Shown in pieces: positions 29,549 through 40,468 of a stretch of 64,000 nucleotides of DNA (position 1 is its first letter; the number at the start of each line of letters is the position of its first letter). This stretch comes from Hyphomicrobiales bacterium. Its GTDB lineage: Bacteria; Pseudomonadota; Alphaproteobacteria; Rhizobiales; TMED25. The notes under the pieces were generated by a model. That model saw only the letters and a program-made list of their open reading frames with translations. It ran no database searches and was not told the origin of the DNA. The DNA lies in contig JAYPPX010000001.1 in the NCBI GenBank assembly GCA_038131735.1, positions 1,057,729 to 1,121,728 on the forward strand, given 5' to 3'. Both the position numbers and the translations under genes were made by a program.

Positions 29549-30700
29549 TTATTTCTTAATTATTGAAAAATAAGCCCACTCAATCCATTCAAGTAATATT
29601 GATACATCTTGAGGTTCTACTGTTGCGCCAATCCAAATTCTCAATCCCGGGGGAGCGTCTCTATAGGCACCAATGTCGTATCCAATTTGCTCTTCTTCCA
29701 GAATTTTTTGTATATCTTTTGACAGTGCTGCGGTATCTAAATCATCACCATCTGGGCTTTTTGATGCAAATTCAAGACACACTGATGTGTTTGAAATTGT
29801 TTCTTTGTCTTGTGCTAAAAAAGATATCCAATTATTTTTTTCAACCCATTGTCCTATGATATCTAAATTAGTATTGGCAATTTCTATTAACTTTTTCAAT
29901 CCACCGCTTTTCTTTGCCCATTCAAGTGCTGATACATAATCAGCAACACACATCAAAGATGGTGTGTTGATAGTAGAACCAGTAAATATACTTTCATCAA
30001 TTTTACCTGATTTTTTTATTCTAAATATTTTTGGCATTGGCCATTCTGGATGATAAGTATTTATTCTTTCTATTGCACGTGGTGACATAATTATCATGCC
30101 ATGCTGAGCTTCCCCTCCAAGAACTTTTTGCCAAGAAAAAGTTGTCACATCTAATTTGCTCCAATCAACACTTTGAGCAAACAGCCCAGACGTTGCGTCA
30201 CAAAGAGTTAGTCCCTCTCTGTTGTTATCTATCCAGTTTAAATCTGGAACCTTCACTCCTGAAGTTGTCCCATTAAGAGTAAAAACAATATCATTTTTTG
30301 GATTTGCTCTAGATAGATCAGGCAAAAAACCATATTCTGCTTCAATTTTATTCACATTTGTCAAATTTAATTGATTTATAATATCCGTTACCCAACCCTT
30401 ACCGAATGACTCCCATGCGAATACATCGATTGTCCTTGGACCTAATAAATTCCACATTGCGAGTTCAAACGCACCTGTATCAGATGCAGGTACAATTGCT
30501 ACTTTATAATCTTTTGGCAACTCGAGTAATTCGGCAGTGAGATTAATTGAATATTCTATGAAGTTTTTTGGCTGCTTTGCTCTGTGAGACCTACCAAGAA
30601 TTGTTGTCTCAAGATTATTTATATCCCAACCAGGATATTTTGCGCATGGCCCTGATGAGAACAGAGCTCTATTAGTCTTAATTGTTGGTTTCTGTATCAT
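29549..30700 (-). CDS. serC: phosphoserine aminotransferase (alphaproteobacterial long type)
   Basis: 383 aa. FSSGPCAKYPGW N terminus and the PLP-lysine block FSWQKVLGGE. Directly upstream of serA. Confidence 0.9.
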   Translation of the reverse strand: MIQKPTIKTNRALFSSGPCAKYPGWDINNLETTILGRSHRAKQPKNFIEYSINLTAELLELPKDYKVAIVPASDTGAFELAMWNLLGPRTIDVFAWESFGKGWVTDIINQLNLTNVNKIEAEYGFLPDLSRANPKNDIVFTLNGTTSGVKVPDLNWIDNNREGLTLCDATSGLFAQSVDWSKLDVTTFSWQKVLGGEAQHGMIIMSPRAIERINTYHPEWPMPKIFRIKKSGKIDESIFTGSTINTPSLMCVADYVSALEWAKKSGGLKKLIEIANTNLDIIGQWVEKNNWISFLAQDKETISNTSVCLEFASKSPDGDDLDTAALSKDIQKILEEEQIGYDIGAYRDAPPGLRIWIGATVEPQDVSILLEWIEWAYFSIIKK

Positions 30701-30760
30701 TATTCTACCCCTTCCAGATAGGCGACTCTCGTTGGGGAGAGTTGACCCACCACTGTAATA
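30701..30760 (-). promoter_or_regulatory. structured GC-rich 5' leader of serC-serA (candidate serC-leader-type cis-regulatory RNA)
   Basis: Minus-strand RNA ..GGUGGGUCA-ACUCUC-CCCAAC-GAGAGU-CGCCUAUCUGGAAGGGGUAGAAUA-AUG. There is a perfect 6-bp hairpin (30725..30742). The CUCCCC stretch can alternatively pair with the GGAAGGGG SD. Clearly more GC-rich than other spacers here. Confidence 0.4.
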
Positions 30761-30863
30761 CTTTAAAAAAAGAAATAGATCAAATACAAAATAAATTAAA
30801 TTGACTTATGAATGATTGACGCCTATGCATTAATGCACAAACAAATTTATACAATTAAAAAAA

Positions 30864-31763
30864 ATGAAAAATTCAACCCTTCTCCATTGGTTCTATCTAT
30901 CATTACTTGTAATTTTTTGGGGATCAACTTTTGCTCTTACAAAATATGCATTAGATGTATTCAGCCCATTATGGATTGTAGCGATGAGACTCACCATAGG
31001 TTTCTCAATTATCTATTCTATACTAAGGATTAGAGGCGAATACCTACCACGTGGTTTTATAAATTGGTTATGGCTAATTTTGGTAGGTATGACGGCATTT
31101 TTACCATTTTATTTGATTTGTTGGGGGACAATCTATCTTGAGACGAACATCAGTGGTATTTTATTTGGTATTGGACCATTATTTACTGTAATAGCCGCTC
31201 ATTTCCTTGTTCCAAACGAGAAATTAAATTTTATTAAATTCTTGGGAATCATATTCGGCTTTTTGGGGCTTTATGTTCTGTTATTCAAAGATATAGAACA
31301 TTCAAGTTCATCATCGTCATACTCATCACTTCTGCCGCAAATTGCTATTTTACTTGCTGCAATTGGTTATTCCATTCAGAATATTGCAGTCAATTTAATG
31401 CCCAATATTTCATTGATGCAAAAAACCTCAGGAAGTTTTCTCATCGGTTCACTCTTTGCATTAATTGTCGCAATATCAAGTGAGGGAATACCAAATATCG
31501 TGATTACTGATATATCCTTTATATCTGTCTTAATCATGGGAATATTTTCAACAGCTATGGCAAGTATGGTTATGTTTAATTTGACTAAAATTGCAGGACC
31601 GACATTTGTATCCCTTACACATTATATATTACCTGTATATGTTGTTGTGCTTGGAACCTTGCTACTGAATGAGAGTATCACAATTGCACAAATAACAGGG
31701 ATGATTATTATTTTGTTTGGAATTATTGTGACACGTTATGGATCACGATTAAAAAAAAATTAG
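30864..31763 (+). CDS. DMT-superfamily (EamA-type) transporter
   Basis: 299 aa with 10 hydrophobic helices arranged as two EamA-like halves. Confidence 0.8.
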   Translation: MKNSTLLHWFYLSLLVIFWGSTFALTKYALDVFSPLWIVAMRLTIGFSIIYSILRIRGEYLPRGFINWLWLILVGMTAFLPFYLICWGTIYLETNISGILFGIGPLFTVIAAHFLVPNEKLNFIKFLGIIFGFLGLYVLLFKDIEHSSSSSSYSSLLPQIAILLAAIGYSIQNIAVNLMPNISLMQKTSGSFLIGSLFALIVAISSEGIPNIVITDISFISVLIMGIFSTAMASMVMFNLTKIAGPTFVSLTHYILPVYVVVLGTLLLNESITIAQITGMIIILFGIIVTRYGSRLKKN

Positions 31764-33106
31764 ATCAGTAAGTCGTTTATATTCTCCGTTATTTCAATCA
31801 GAGTTTCATCTAATAATTTTTTATCTTTAGACTCAACCATAACCCTTATTAAAGGTTCTGTCCCAGATAATCTTATAAGAACCCTACCTTTATCTCCAAT
31901 CTTTCGTTGATGTTTTTCTGTTAAATCTCTTAATTGAATTATGTCTGGAGTATGATCCTCTTTAATAATAAAATTCTTCTGGATCTGAGGATAAGGATCA
32001 ATTAGTTTTGCAAGATCGCTAATCTTTTGTTTCTTTTTTTTCATTATTGCAAGAACATGCAGTGCTGCAAGAATGCCATCACCAGTTGTTGAATAGTCAC
32101 TCAATATGATATGTCCGGATTTTTCACCACCCACATTATATCCATTTTCTCTCATATACTGTGATACATATCTGTCACCAACCATTGTTCTATGCAGCGT
32201 AATACTTTGATTACTCAAATAATTCTCCAAACCAATATTTGATAATATAGTTGCCACAACACTGTTTTTCTTTAGCTTCTTTGTTTCCTGCCATTCTTTT
32301 GCAATAATTGCTAATATTGTATCTCCATCAACAATTTCACCATTTTCATCTATGATTATGATTCTATCAGCATCACCATCCAGCGCAATTCCAATATCAG
32401 CTTTATTTTTTCTAACGGCATCAATAATATTTTCAAGTGATGTTGAGCCATGATCTAAATTTATATTTTGTCCGTTTGGGGTATCCCCAATTGATATTAC
32501 ATTCGCACCTAATTCCCAAAGGGTTAATGGAGCTACCTTGTAACCAGCTCCATTTGCACTATCAATTACAATATCCATCCCGCCCAGAGTTAGCTCTTTA
32601 CTGAGAGTTCCTTTTATATACTCAATGTATCTCGCCTGTGCATCATCAATTCTTTTGGCTTTACCTATTTTAATTTTACTCAAATCATAATTATCGAGAT
32701 TTTGGATTATCTTTTCGATTTCTGATTCATTTTCATCACTAAGTTTATAACCATCAGGCCCAAAAATTTTAATACCATTATATTCATAGGTATTGTGAGA
32801 TGCTGATATCATTATACCTAGATCAGCTCTCATCGATTTCATCATCATAGATATTGATGGGGTTGGCATCGGACCAAGTAAAAAAACATCTAGACCTACA
32901 GAAGTAAGTCCTGAAGTAATTGCTGACTCTAGCATATAACCAGACAATCTTGTGTCTTTCGCAATCACGACCCTCTTAGCTTTGTGATTTAACGAAACAT
33001 ATAATCCTGTTGCTGTACCAATCTTTAGGGCTATATCAGCAGTCATTGGAGGAACGTTTGCAATACCTCTGATACCATCTGTGCCAAAATATTTTCTCTT
33101 TGTCAT
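31760..33106 (-). CDS. glmM: phosphoglucosamine mutase
   Basis: 448 aa. YFGTDGIRG, phosphoserine loop SASHNTYEYNGIK, DGDADR, GGEKSGH. Confidence 0.95.
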   Translation of the reverse strand: MTKRKYFGTDGIRGIANVPPMTADIALKIGTATGLYVSLNHKAKRVVIAKDTRLSGYMLESAITSGLTSVGLDVFLLGPMPTPSISMMMKSMRADLGIMISASHNTYEYNGIKIFGPDGYKLSDENESEIEKIIQNLDNYDLSKIKIGKAKRIDDAQARYIEYIKGTLSKELTLGGMDIVIDSANGAGYKVAPLTLWELGANVISIGDTPNGQNINLDHGSTSLENIIDAVRKNKADIGIALDGDADRIIIIDENGEIVDGDTILAIIAKEWQETKKLKKNSVVATILSNIGLENYLSNQSITLHRTMVGDRYVSQYMRENGYNVGGEKSGHIILSDYSTTGDGILAALHVLAIMKKKKQKISDLAKLIDPYPQIQKNFIIKEDHTPDIIQLRDLTEKHQRKIGDKGRVLIRLSGTEPLIRVMVESKDKKLLDETLIEITENINDLLI

Positions 33107-33141
33107 GATAGCCTATTAATTTGAACTTGTTCTATAAAAGA

Positions 33142-35070
33142 TCAAGGCTGAGTTTGTGGCTTCATCTTTCCTGTCTTTTTGACTTTATCTGCAGGTTCAA
33201 TTTTTGCTTTCTTAGATGGTATTGCTGACGCATCTGCTGGAGGTTCCTCTGACCCTGCATCTTCTGACCTATCAGGATTTTTACCATTCAGTAGATCCAA
33301 AATTTCATCACCACTGAGAGTTTCATACTCAAGTAGACCTTCTGCGATAATCTCAAGCTGATCTTTAAATTCTATTACAATTTCTGCAGCTGTCTTATGA
33401 CCTTGATCAACCAGCTTATGTATTTCTGAATCTACGATCTTTTGGGTTTCTTCGGATAAATTTTGGGTTCTTGCAACTGAATGACCTAAAAATACTTCGT
33501 CTTCATTATTACCATAGGCGAGAGGTCCCAAAATGTCACTCATACCAAACTGAGTTACCATAGCTCTCGCTAAGTTTGTAGCCATTTTAATATCAGATTG
33601 TGCACCTGATGTAACTTTTTCATCGCCAAAGATTAATTCCTCAGCTGCTCTTCCTCCCATAGCAACAGCAAGATCTGCTTTCATTTTTTCCCTGGTCATA
33701 GAAAGTTGATCACGCTCGGGAAGCCTCATTACCATACCAAGAGCTCTACCACGTGGTATGATTGTCGCTTTATGAATTGGATCTGATGCTTTTTGCTTAA
33801 TAGTTACTAGTGCATGACCAGCTTCATGATATGCAGTCAATTTTTTCTCATCATCTGACATCACCAGAGTTCTTCTCTCTGATCCCATCATCACTTTATC
33901 TTTTGCATCTTCGAATTCAGTCTGTGTTATTACTCTTTTGCCTCTTCTTGCTGCCAAAAGTGCCGCTTCATTTACAAGATTTGCAAGATCGGCACCAGAA
34001 AATCCTGGCGTGCCTCTAGCTATAACTTTCAGATCTATTTCCTCTGATAATTTCACTTTTCTTACATGAACCTTCAATATTTTTTCACGCCCAATGATAT
34101 CTGGATTTGGAACAACTACTTGCCTATCAAATCTACCTGGTCTGAGTAGAGCTGGGTCAAGAACATCCGGTCTGTTCGTTGCTGCAATTAATATTATACC
34201 TTCATTTTCTTCAAAACCATCCATTTCAACCAGCAATTGATTTAAGGTTTGCTCTCTTTCGTCATTTCCGCCACCAAGCCCTGCTCCTCGATGTCTACCC
34301 ACTGCATCTATTTCATCTATGAAGATTATGCATGGAGCACTTCTTTTAGCTTGTTCAAACATATCTCTGACTCTGCTTGCACCAACCCCTACAAACATCT
34401 CAACGAAATCTGAACCAGAGATTGTGAAAAATGGAACACCAGCTTCGCCAGCTATTGCTCTTGCTAATAGTGTTTTTCCAGTTCCTGGTGGTCCAACAAG
34501 TAATGCCCCCTTCGGAATTTTTCCTCCTAAATACTGAAATTTTCTTGGATCTTTCAGAAACTCTACTATTTCTTCTAAATCTTCTTTTGCCTCATCAATC
34601 CCGGCTACATCAGAAAATGTCACTTTTCCTTTTTTTTCATTTAACAATTTCGCTTTGGATTTTCCGAATCCCATTGCTCCACGTCCACCACCTTGCATTT
34701 GTTTGAGAAAAAATACCCAAACAGCGATAAGAAGTAGCATTGGAAACCATGAAACAAAAATTGAGAATAATGCACTTTGTTTAATTGGTTGTACATTGAT
34801 AATAACACCTTGGTCATTAAGTCTATCGATAAATTGTGGGTCATCAGGAGTATATGAGTGAAATCTAGATCCATCGTTGAATGATCCACGTATCTCATCA
34901 CCGGTTATGACAACATCTCTTACATTTCCTCCAGAAACTTCTGATATAAGTGTAGTATAGCTTATTTCAGTGACACCTCTTGTTTCACTTGAGGTTTGAA
35001 ACACATTGTATAATGCCATCATGAGTAAGCCGATGACCAACCAAATAATAATATTCTTTAAACCACCCAA
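33142..35070 (-). CDS. ftsH: ATP-dependent zinc metalloprotease FtsH
   Basis: 642 aa. Two N-terminal TM helices, Walker [21 protein letters not shown] region, and zinc site HEAGHAL. The start codon at 35070 is TTG. Confidence 0.97.
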   Translation of the reverse strand: MGGLKNIIIWLVIGLLMMALYNVFQTSSETRGVTEISYTTLISEVSGGNVRDVVITGDEIRGSFNDGSRFHSYTPDDPQFIDRLNDQGVIINVQPIKQSALFSIFVSWFPMLLLIAVWVFFLKQMQGGGRGAMGFGKSKAKLLNEKKGKVTFSDVAGIDEAKEDLEEIVEFLKDPRKFQYLGGKIPKGALLVGPPGTGKTLLARAIAGEAGVPFFTISGSDFVEMFVGVGASRVRDMFEQAKRSAPCIIFIDEIDAVGRHRGAGLGGGNDEREQTLNQLLVEMDGFEENEGIILIAATNRPDVLDPALLRPGRFDRQVVVPNPDIIGREKILKVHVRKVKLSEEIDLKVIARGTPGFSGADLANLVNEAALLAARRGKRVITQTEFEDAKDKVMMGSERRTLVMSDDEKKLTAYHEAGHALVTIKQKASDPIHKATIIPRGRALGMVMRLPERDQLSMTREKMKADLAVAMGGRAAEELIFGDEKVTSGAQSDIKMATNLARAMVTQFGMSDILGPLAYGNNEDEVFLGHSVARTQNLSEETQKIVDSEIHKLVDQGHKTAAEIVIEFKDQLEIIAEGLLEYETLSGDEILDLLNGKNPDRSEDAGSEEPPADASAIPSKKAKIEPADKVKKTGKMKPQTQP

Positions 35071-35102
35071 TTTAATATCCTTTATATAATGACTAAGCTA
35101 AT

Positions 35103-36374
35103 TTAATTCTTCTCATTTAGCTTGAATTTAACATCTAAATATCCACTATTATATATATTGTGTATGTTAGGCATTAATACAAGCTTATCTTTTATAAATC
35201 CACCAGGTAGTGTGTTCAGGACATACGAAGGAATATCTGCATAAATAGTATTTTCGCACAGATATTTTAATTCTTTTGATCTACCTAAATTTTTTATAGT
35301 TATGAAATCTTCATTAAACGACTTCAAACAAATTTTAAATCTGTTATCCCAAACGTGAAGATCGCCAACTTTCAGATTAAAACTTTCAATGTCTCTATTC
35401 TCTCTTGTGATATGTATAATATTTTTCTTTGTATATATGACACAACCATTTATTGTCTTCGGCTTTCTTGTTTGAATAACTTCAGAACAAACTCTTTCTA
35501 ATGATTGAAGTGATACCCTTTTACCATTCACATAAATTAAAGCCTTTTCAAAGACCTTAATGATAATTTCATAAGGATATGCTTTCAAAATATTATAATC
35601 CAATGACACATAACCTAGACTGTCAAAATGTAATACTTCAAGAAGAGCCTTTTCTGTAATATTACTTATTACCTCATGAGCCCTCCCCAATCTGTTTAAT
35701 GTCAACTGAAGCATTTCTTTACTTATATTAAGTTTTTCAAGAGTTGATATGTTGTTTCTAATTTTTATTCTTTCATACTTTTCATCAGTGTTTGTTGGAT
35801 CATCAATCCATCCAATGTTTTGTGAAACTAAAGTTTTAGTTGTTTGATCTCTGGTTATTTTTAATAATGGTCTAAATAAGTTTATTCCATCTAAGTTACG
35901 GCTTGTCTGTATCGATTTCAAACCCTCTAATCCGCTTCCTTTTGATAGCCTCATCAAAAATGTCTCAATTTTATCATCTAATGTGTGACCTGTGATTAGA
36001 GTATCAATGCCATTTTCTTTTAAATAATTTATCATTAGGTCGTATCTGGCATTTCTCGCCTTCTCTTGTATCGAAGTTTTTATATTTTCATGATGCCAAA
36101 TCAGTATCTTATGTTGAAAGCCATACCCTTGAGCAATCAATGCGACTTCAGCACATTCTGCATTTGACTCTTCCCTAAGCTGATGATTGACAGTTAAAAC
36201 AACAACGTCCTTATCGAACTTATTATTTTCTAGCCATTTTTTGATTAAAAACATCAATGCTAGACTATCTCTACCACCTGAAACAGCTAGCGCGATTCTT
36301 CTAATGTCTACCAATGGAGAGAATAAGTCATCAATTTGATGATCTGATAGGGGTAATTTGTCTTCAAAATCCAT
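35103..36374 (-). CDS. tilS: tRNA(Ile)-lysidine synthase
   Basis: 423 aa. PP-loop LAVSGGRDSLAL, GHTLDD, and DPTN blocks. Upstream of ftsH, as is usual in Alphaproteobacteria. Confidence 0.85.
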   Translation of the reverse strand: MDFEDKLPLSDHQIDDLFSPLVDIRRIALAVSGGRDSLALMFLIKKWLENNKFDKDVVVLTVNHQLREESNAECAEVALIAQGYGFQHKILIWHHENIKTSIQEKARNARYDLMINYLKENGIDTLITGHTLDDKIETFLMRLSKGSGLEGLKSIQTSRNLDGINLFRPLLKITRDQTTKTLVSQNIGWIDDPTNTDEKYERIKIRNNISTLEKLNISKEMLQLTLNRLGRAHEVISNITEKALLEVLHFDSLGYVSLDYNILKAYPYEIIIKVFEKALIYVNGKRVSLQSLERVCSEVIQTRKPKTINGCVIYTKKNIIHITRENRDIESFNLKVGDLHVWDNRFKICLKSFNEDFITIKNLGRSKELKYLCENTIYADIPSYVLNTLPGGFIKDKLVLMPNIHNIYNSGYLDVKFKLNEKN

Positions 36375-36463
36375 ATTTATTAGTTAGGCAATACATACCA
36401 TTCCATATTTTTTATGGCAAAATAATATATGAATGTTTTTCAAATATCTAGTAGGAATTCAAA

Positions 36464-36973
36464 TCAATTATCTGCAATTACAACAGATACTGCTCTCCTA
36501 TTTTGAGACCAACATGCTTCAGATGAACACGCTGCAACCGGTCTTTCCTTACCGTATGATATGGTTTCAATTCTGTCACTACCTATTCCAAGGCTCTCAA
36601 GATATGATACAGCCACTTCAGCTCTTTTTGCGCTTAGAGCTAGGTTGTACTCTCTTGTTCCTCTCTCATCAGCATGACCTTCCACAATAATATCAATTTC
36701 AGGGTACAATTCTAACCAAGATGCTTGTCTCTCAAGTATTGCCATTGCATCATCATCTAAACTAGTCGAGTTTGTTGCAAAAAATACTCTGTCACCAACA
36801 TTAACTGTGAAGTCCTGCGATGATCCAGGTATTGCATTGGATACGATGTCAGCTTCATTATCATTTCCACCACCAAACAAGACTTGCTCGATCTTTTGCC
36901 TTGATGCACATCCTGTTAGGATAAAAATTAATAAAAAAGTCACGGAAAGATTGAGTGCTTTTTTATATATCAT
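36464..36973 (-). CDS. pal: peptidoglycan-associated lipoprotein Pal
   Basis: 169 aa. Lipobox LTGCAS and an OmpA-like domain (VEGHADERGTREYNLALSAKRA...NRRAV). Follows tolB. Confidence 0.9.
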   Translation of the reverse strand: MIYKKALNLSVTFLLIFILTGCASRQKIEQVLFGGGNDNEADIVSNAIPGSSQDFTVNVGDRVFFATNSTSLDDDAMAILERQASWLELYPEIDIIVEGHADERGTREYNLALSAKRAEVAVSYLESLGIGSDRIETISYGKERPVAACSSEACWSQNRRAVSVVIADN

Positions 36974-37043
36974 TGCTTATTCCCCTTTAAATATAGAACC
37001 TATTTTAACTTTAACACTTAAATGTTAACAAATAATGTAATAA

Positions 37044-38360
37044 TTAGTTCAGTAGAGTGGACCATGAAGGATCAGATGCAAACCCAGGCGTTTCTATTAA
37101 TTTTTCATTATATCCGGTTATATCAACGGAATATATCATAGCACCACCTGTTTCACCTGGTGACTCTCTGAAAAACATTAATACCCTGCCATTGGGAGCC
37201 CAAGTTGGGCCTTCATTATGGAATCCATCAGTAATTATTCTTTCTCCACTACCATCAGCAAACATTACACCAATCATAAATCTACCCTTTGATATCTTCG
37301 TAAAGGCTATGTAGTCGCCCCTAGGAGACCATACCGGCGTAGAGTAGCTTCCAGTTCCATAACTAATTCTTCTCACATTATTTCCATTTGCATCCATCAC
37401 ATATAATTGCTGTGTACCAGATTTATCTGATTCAAATACAATATTTTTTGCATCAGGAGAGTAACTTGGTGCCGTGTTTATGTCGGGTGTATTAGTGAGT
37501 CTTCTTCTTTCAAAATTACTTAAATTCATCTCAAAAATATTAGAACCAACGCCTTCTTGAAGACTCATAATAATCTTCTTGCCATCTGGTGAAAATCTTG
37601 GAGCAAATGTCATACCAGGAAATGAACCAACTACATAAGTCTGCTTTGACTCAAGGTTATAGATATATACCTGTGGCTGTCCATTTCTATATGAGAGATA
37701 TACAAGATCTTCCGAATTTGGACTAAATCTTGGTGTTAATACAAGGTCATTGCCTGTTGTTAATAGTCGGGGATTAAAACCATCTTGATCCATAATAGCT
37801 AATCTCTTTATTCTATTTGTCTTTGGACCACTTTCTGCAATAAACGCAACTTTTGTATCAAAATACCCCTTTTCGCCAGTTAGCCTTGTATAAACTGTGT
37901 CTGCGATCACATGAGCTAAGCTCCTCCATTTATTTCTTGAAGTTGTTAATGTTTGTTCAACAAGTGCCTTCTCAGCAACAACATCCCAAAGTCTGTAATC
38001 AATCCTCACTATATCATTTTCCCTATATGATAATTCAGCAGACAATAAAGTTTCAGCGTTAATCACCCGCCAGGAATTAAAATTTGGTTTTTGACTTATT
38101 GAGTTAAGATTTTCTAGAAATGCTTTGGGATTTATTGGGTAAAATAACCCCGAACCAGCAAGGTCACTCGCAATTACACGAGATATATCAAATCCTAGAT
38201 CTTTTTCTAAACCCTGTTTATCGATTACTGATGGAATTGCAATTGGAAGTGGTTTTAAATTACCATCATTAACATTAATTTCTAGAGCTGCTTGCGGATA
38301 TCTAATTTGTAATAATAATATGGCTATTACAGTCAATATGTATCTAATTTTAGTTCTCAT
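37044..38360 (-). CDS. tolB: Tol-Pal system periplasmic beta-propeller protein TolB
   Basis: About 438 aa from the ATG at 38360 (the track start at 38369 is GTG). Signal peptide plus repeated P.(F/W)SPDG propeller blades. Confidence 0.9.
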   Translation of the reverse strand: MRTKIRYILTVIAILLLQIRYPQAALEINVNDGNLKPLPIAIPSVIDKQGLEKDLGFDISRVIASDLAGSGLFYPINPKAFLENLNSISQKPNFNSWRVINAETLLSAELSYRENDIVRIDYRLWDVVAEKALVEQTLTTSRNKWRSLAHVIADTVYTRLTGEKGYFDTKVAFIAESGPKTNRIKRLAIMDQDGFNPRLLTTGNDLVLTPRFSPNSEDLVYLSYRNGQPQVYIYNLESKQTYVVGSFPGMTFAPRFSPDGKKIIMSLQEGVGSNIFEMNLSNFERRRLTNTPDINTAPSYSPDAKNIVFESDKSGTQQLYVMDANGNNVRRISYGTGSYSTPVWSPRGDYIAFTKISKGRFMIGVMFADGSGERIITDGFHNEGPTWAPNGRVLMFFRESPGETGGAMIYSVDITGYNEKLIETPGFASDPSWSTLLN

Positions 38361-38361
38361 A

Positions 38362-39189
38362 TCATCCACCCATCATATTTCTTGGATCAAATGTAAATTT
38401 AATTTCTTTCCATAAATCATATTTATCGATTGGTAGCTTGTAAGGCTCACATTGCTTTACAGCTCTAACTGCGGCCTCAATTGCAATTTTACTGACATCA
38501 TTTGTTGATCTCGTAATTGGCTCTACATTCAAAATGCTTCCATCCTTGGCTAATGAAATCTGCACCTGCACTCTTTGATTTGCTGCCCCTCTTACACCTA
38601 TTGGAGGATTCCAGCACATTTCTATCTGTCTTTTCATATTAAGAATATCTCCTGATGATATTGTGTCTGCTTTTTTAGCAATTTCCTTTTTTTCTGGCAC
38701 ATTTTCTATAACTTCTCCAACATTCCTATCATCAGGAAACTTATCAAGAAGTGCGGTAACTTCTTTACTTTCCTCTTTTTTTTCATCGTATTCTAAATTA
38801 GTTAATAATTTATCATTCAATTTACTTAATTCAGGTTTTGCGCTCGGGGTAGCAAAAACTTCTGATATATCTTCTTCTGGTTCTTCATTAGATAAAATAG
38901 TTGACTCTGTCTCAATTTGCTCATCAATCTTCATATTGTTGGTGGAGTCACTTCTGGCAGACGGCTTGATATTTGGTGTTGCACTATATTTTTTTAGATC
39001 TTGAGTTGACTCTTCATTATTGTCATCTTGCTCTTGCATTTCCTTTGATAATTCATTTACAATTAACTCTATTTCAATAACTGATGTAGGCACTTCATCA
39101 AATTTATCAAAAGATGGCAACCCTATTACAATAATGGATATAAAAAATAAATGGATCGATAATGAAATAGATAGAGGCCTTGATAACAT
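38362..39189 (-). CDS. tolA: TolA-like protein (N-terminal anchor, acidic linker, TonB/TolA C-terminal domain)
   Basis: 275 aa with one TM helix, an E/D/K/S-rich linker and a C-terminal domain (CWNPP...V.V.L..DG). Sits between tolR and tolB. Confidence 0.6.
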   Translation of the reverse strand: MLSRPLSISLSIHLFFISIIVIGLPSFDKFDEVPTSVIEIELIVNELSKEMQEQDDNNEESTQDLKKYSATPNIKPSARSDSTNNMKIDEQIETESTILSNEEPEEDISEVFATPSAKPELSKLNDKLLTNLEYDEKKEESKEVTALLDKFPDDRNVGEVIENVPEKKEIAKKADTISSGDILNMKRQIEMCWNPPIGVRGAANQRVQVQISLAKDGSILNVEPITRSTNDVSKIAIEAAVRAVKQCEPYKLPIDKYDLWKEIKFTFDPRNMMGG

Positions 39190-39190
39190 A

Positions 39191-39625
39191 TTATGTTTCT
39201 ATATCCGTAACAAGACCTATTGATGTATAGCCCGCTGAATTTATCTTTGCCATGACTTTCATGAGCATTTCATAATTTATATTTTTGTCACCGTTTATGT
39301 AAATTTTTTGATCATAATTACCCATTCCAATTGCCTCTAATTTCTCACCAAGTTCCGCGAAAGGAATCTCTAATTCTTGGATATAAATATTCCCTTCCTT
39401 ATCCAAAGTAATTGTAAGAGGCTCAGACTCTTCACTCATTTGCTTTGCATCTGTTTTTGGTAATTCAATTGGAACACCAACAGTTAACAATGGGGCTGTT
39501 ACCATAAAAACAATCAATAATACAAGCATCACATCGACAAGTGGAGTAACATTAATATCTGATATAGGGTTATTTTTTCTGACCCTTCTTCGATTATTCG
39601 GTAATGTCTTTAAACTTACTGCCAT
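39191..39625 (-). CDS. tolR: TolR (ExbD/TolR family)
   Basis: 144 aa. INVTPLVDVMLVLLIVFM with the conserved TM Asp. Follows tolQ. Confidence 0.85.
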   Translation of the reverse strand: MAVSLKTLPNNRRRVRKNNPISDINVTPLVDVMLVLLIVFMVTAPLLTVGVPIELPKTDAKQMSEESEPLTITLDKEGNIYIQELEIPFAELGEKLEAIGMGNYDQKIYINGDKNINYEMLMKVMAKINSAGYTSIGLVTDIET

Positions 39626-39636
39626 CTTTGGAAATA

Positions 39637-40374
39637 TTAATACTCTTCATCTTGACTTTCGTAATTATCATCAAAATCATCTGCGACCATTTGTGCATCA
39701 ATTTGCCTGCTAAAATAATTGATGAATTCATCGCTAAAATTTTCAAGATTTGATGTAACCCGAGAAATATCGCTTGATATTTTGTTATAAAACATAACGG
39801 CTGGGATTGCTGCAAACAGTCCAATCGCTGTTGCAAACAGTGCCTCTGCTATTCCAGGAGCTACAACCGCTAGATTTGTACTCTTCGATGCCGCTATTGC
39901 TGAAAAACTATTCATAATACCATAGACCGTCCCAAATAAACCAATAAATGGGGCTGTTGAACCAACTGATGCTAGGAATAGTAATTTCTTTTCTAGTTTA
40001 TCAAGTTCAATATTCATTTGAACGTTCATAGCTTTTTCAATTCTTTGTTTTACACCATCTATTGACATATTTTTGTGAATTTTAAATGTTGTATTCCACT
40101 CTTTAATCCCGGCATTGAAAATTTTTGCCATTGGATTATTTCTTGAGTTTCTGTAAGCTACATCAATATCATTTATGTTACTGCTCCAAAAATCTCTGTA
40201 AAATTTTATCGCATTCCTGTTTACTAATTTTATTAGAACAAGTTTTTCAATTATGATTGCCCATGAAAATATTGACGCTATCATTAAACCAATCATAACT
40301 ATTTTTACTATTATATCTGCTTCAGAGAAAAGACCTATTAGACTCAAGTCTGTAACGATTTGTGTTTCTTCCAT
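39637..40374 (-). CDS. tolQ: TolQ (MotA/TolQ/ExbB proton channel)
   Basis: 245 aa with three TM helices. GSTAPFIGLFGTVYGIM and GIAEALFATAIGLFAAIPAV. Confidence 0.9.
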   Translation of the reverse strand: MEETQIVTDLSLIGLFSEADIIVKIVMIGLMIASIFSWAIIIEKLVLIKLVNRNAIKFYRDFWSSNINDIDVAYRNSRNNPMAKIFNAGIKEWNTTFKIHKNMSIDGVKQRIEKAMNVQMNIELDKLEKKLLFLASVGSTAPFIGLFGTVYGIMNSFSAIAASKSTNLAVVAPGIAEALFATAIGLFAAIPAVMFYNKISSDISRVTSNLENFSDEFINYFSRQIDAQMVADDFDDNYESQDEEY

Positions 40375-40468
40375 TTTATTTTCAACTTAAAATTAGTTCA
40401 ACAATGTACAATATTATATATATTTATCTTACGAAACAAATTTAGTTTGCAAATATGACTATAATTTG

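Noticed and set aside
36402-36416. Hairpin CCATA-ttttt-TATGG between pal and tilS as a possible terminator
   Set aside because: The stem is only 5 bp and all A/T-rich apart from CC/GG. On the transcribed (minus) strand it is not followed by a U tract. This is too weak to call a terminator.
38663-39004. 113-aa plus-strand Ser/Leu/Phe-rich ORF
   Set aside because: It is the antisense shadow of the acidic Glu/Asp/Lys-rich TolA linker region. A codon-complement artefact.
39594-39836. 80-aa minus-strand ORF overlapping the tolQ 3' end and the tolR start in another frame
   Set aside because: It is an out-of-frame overlap with two well-supported Tol genes, with no recognisable features.
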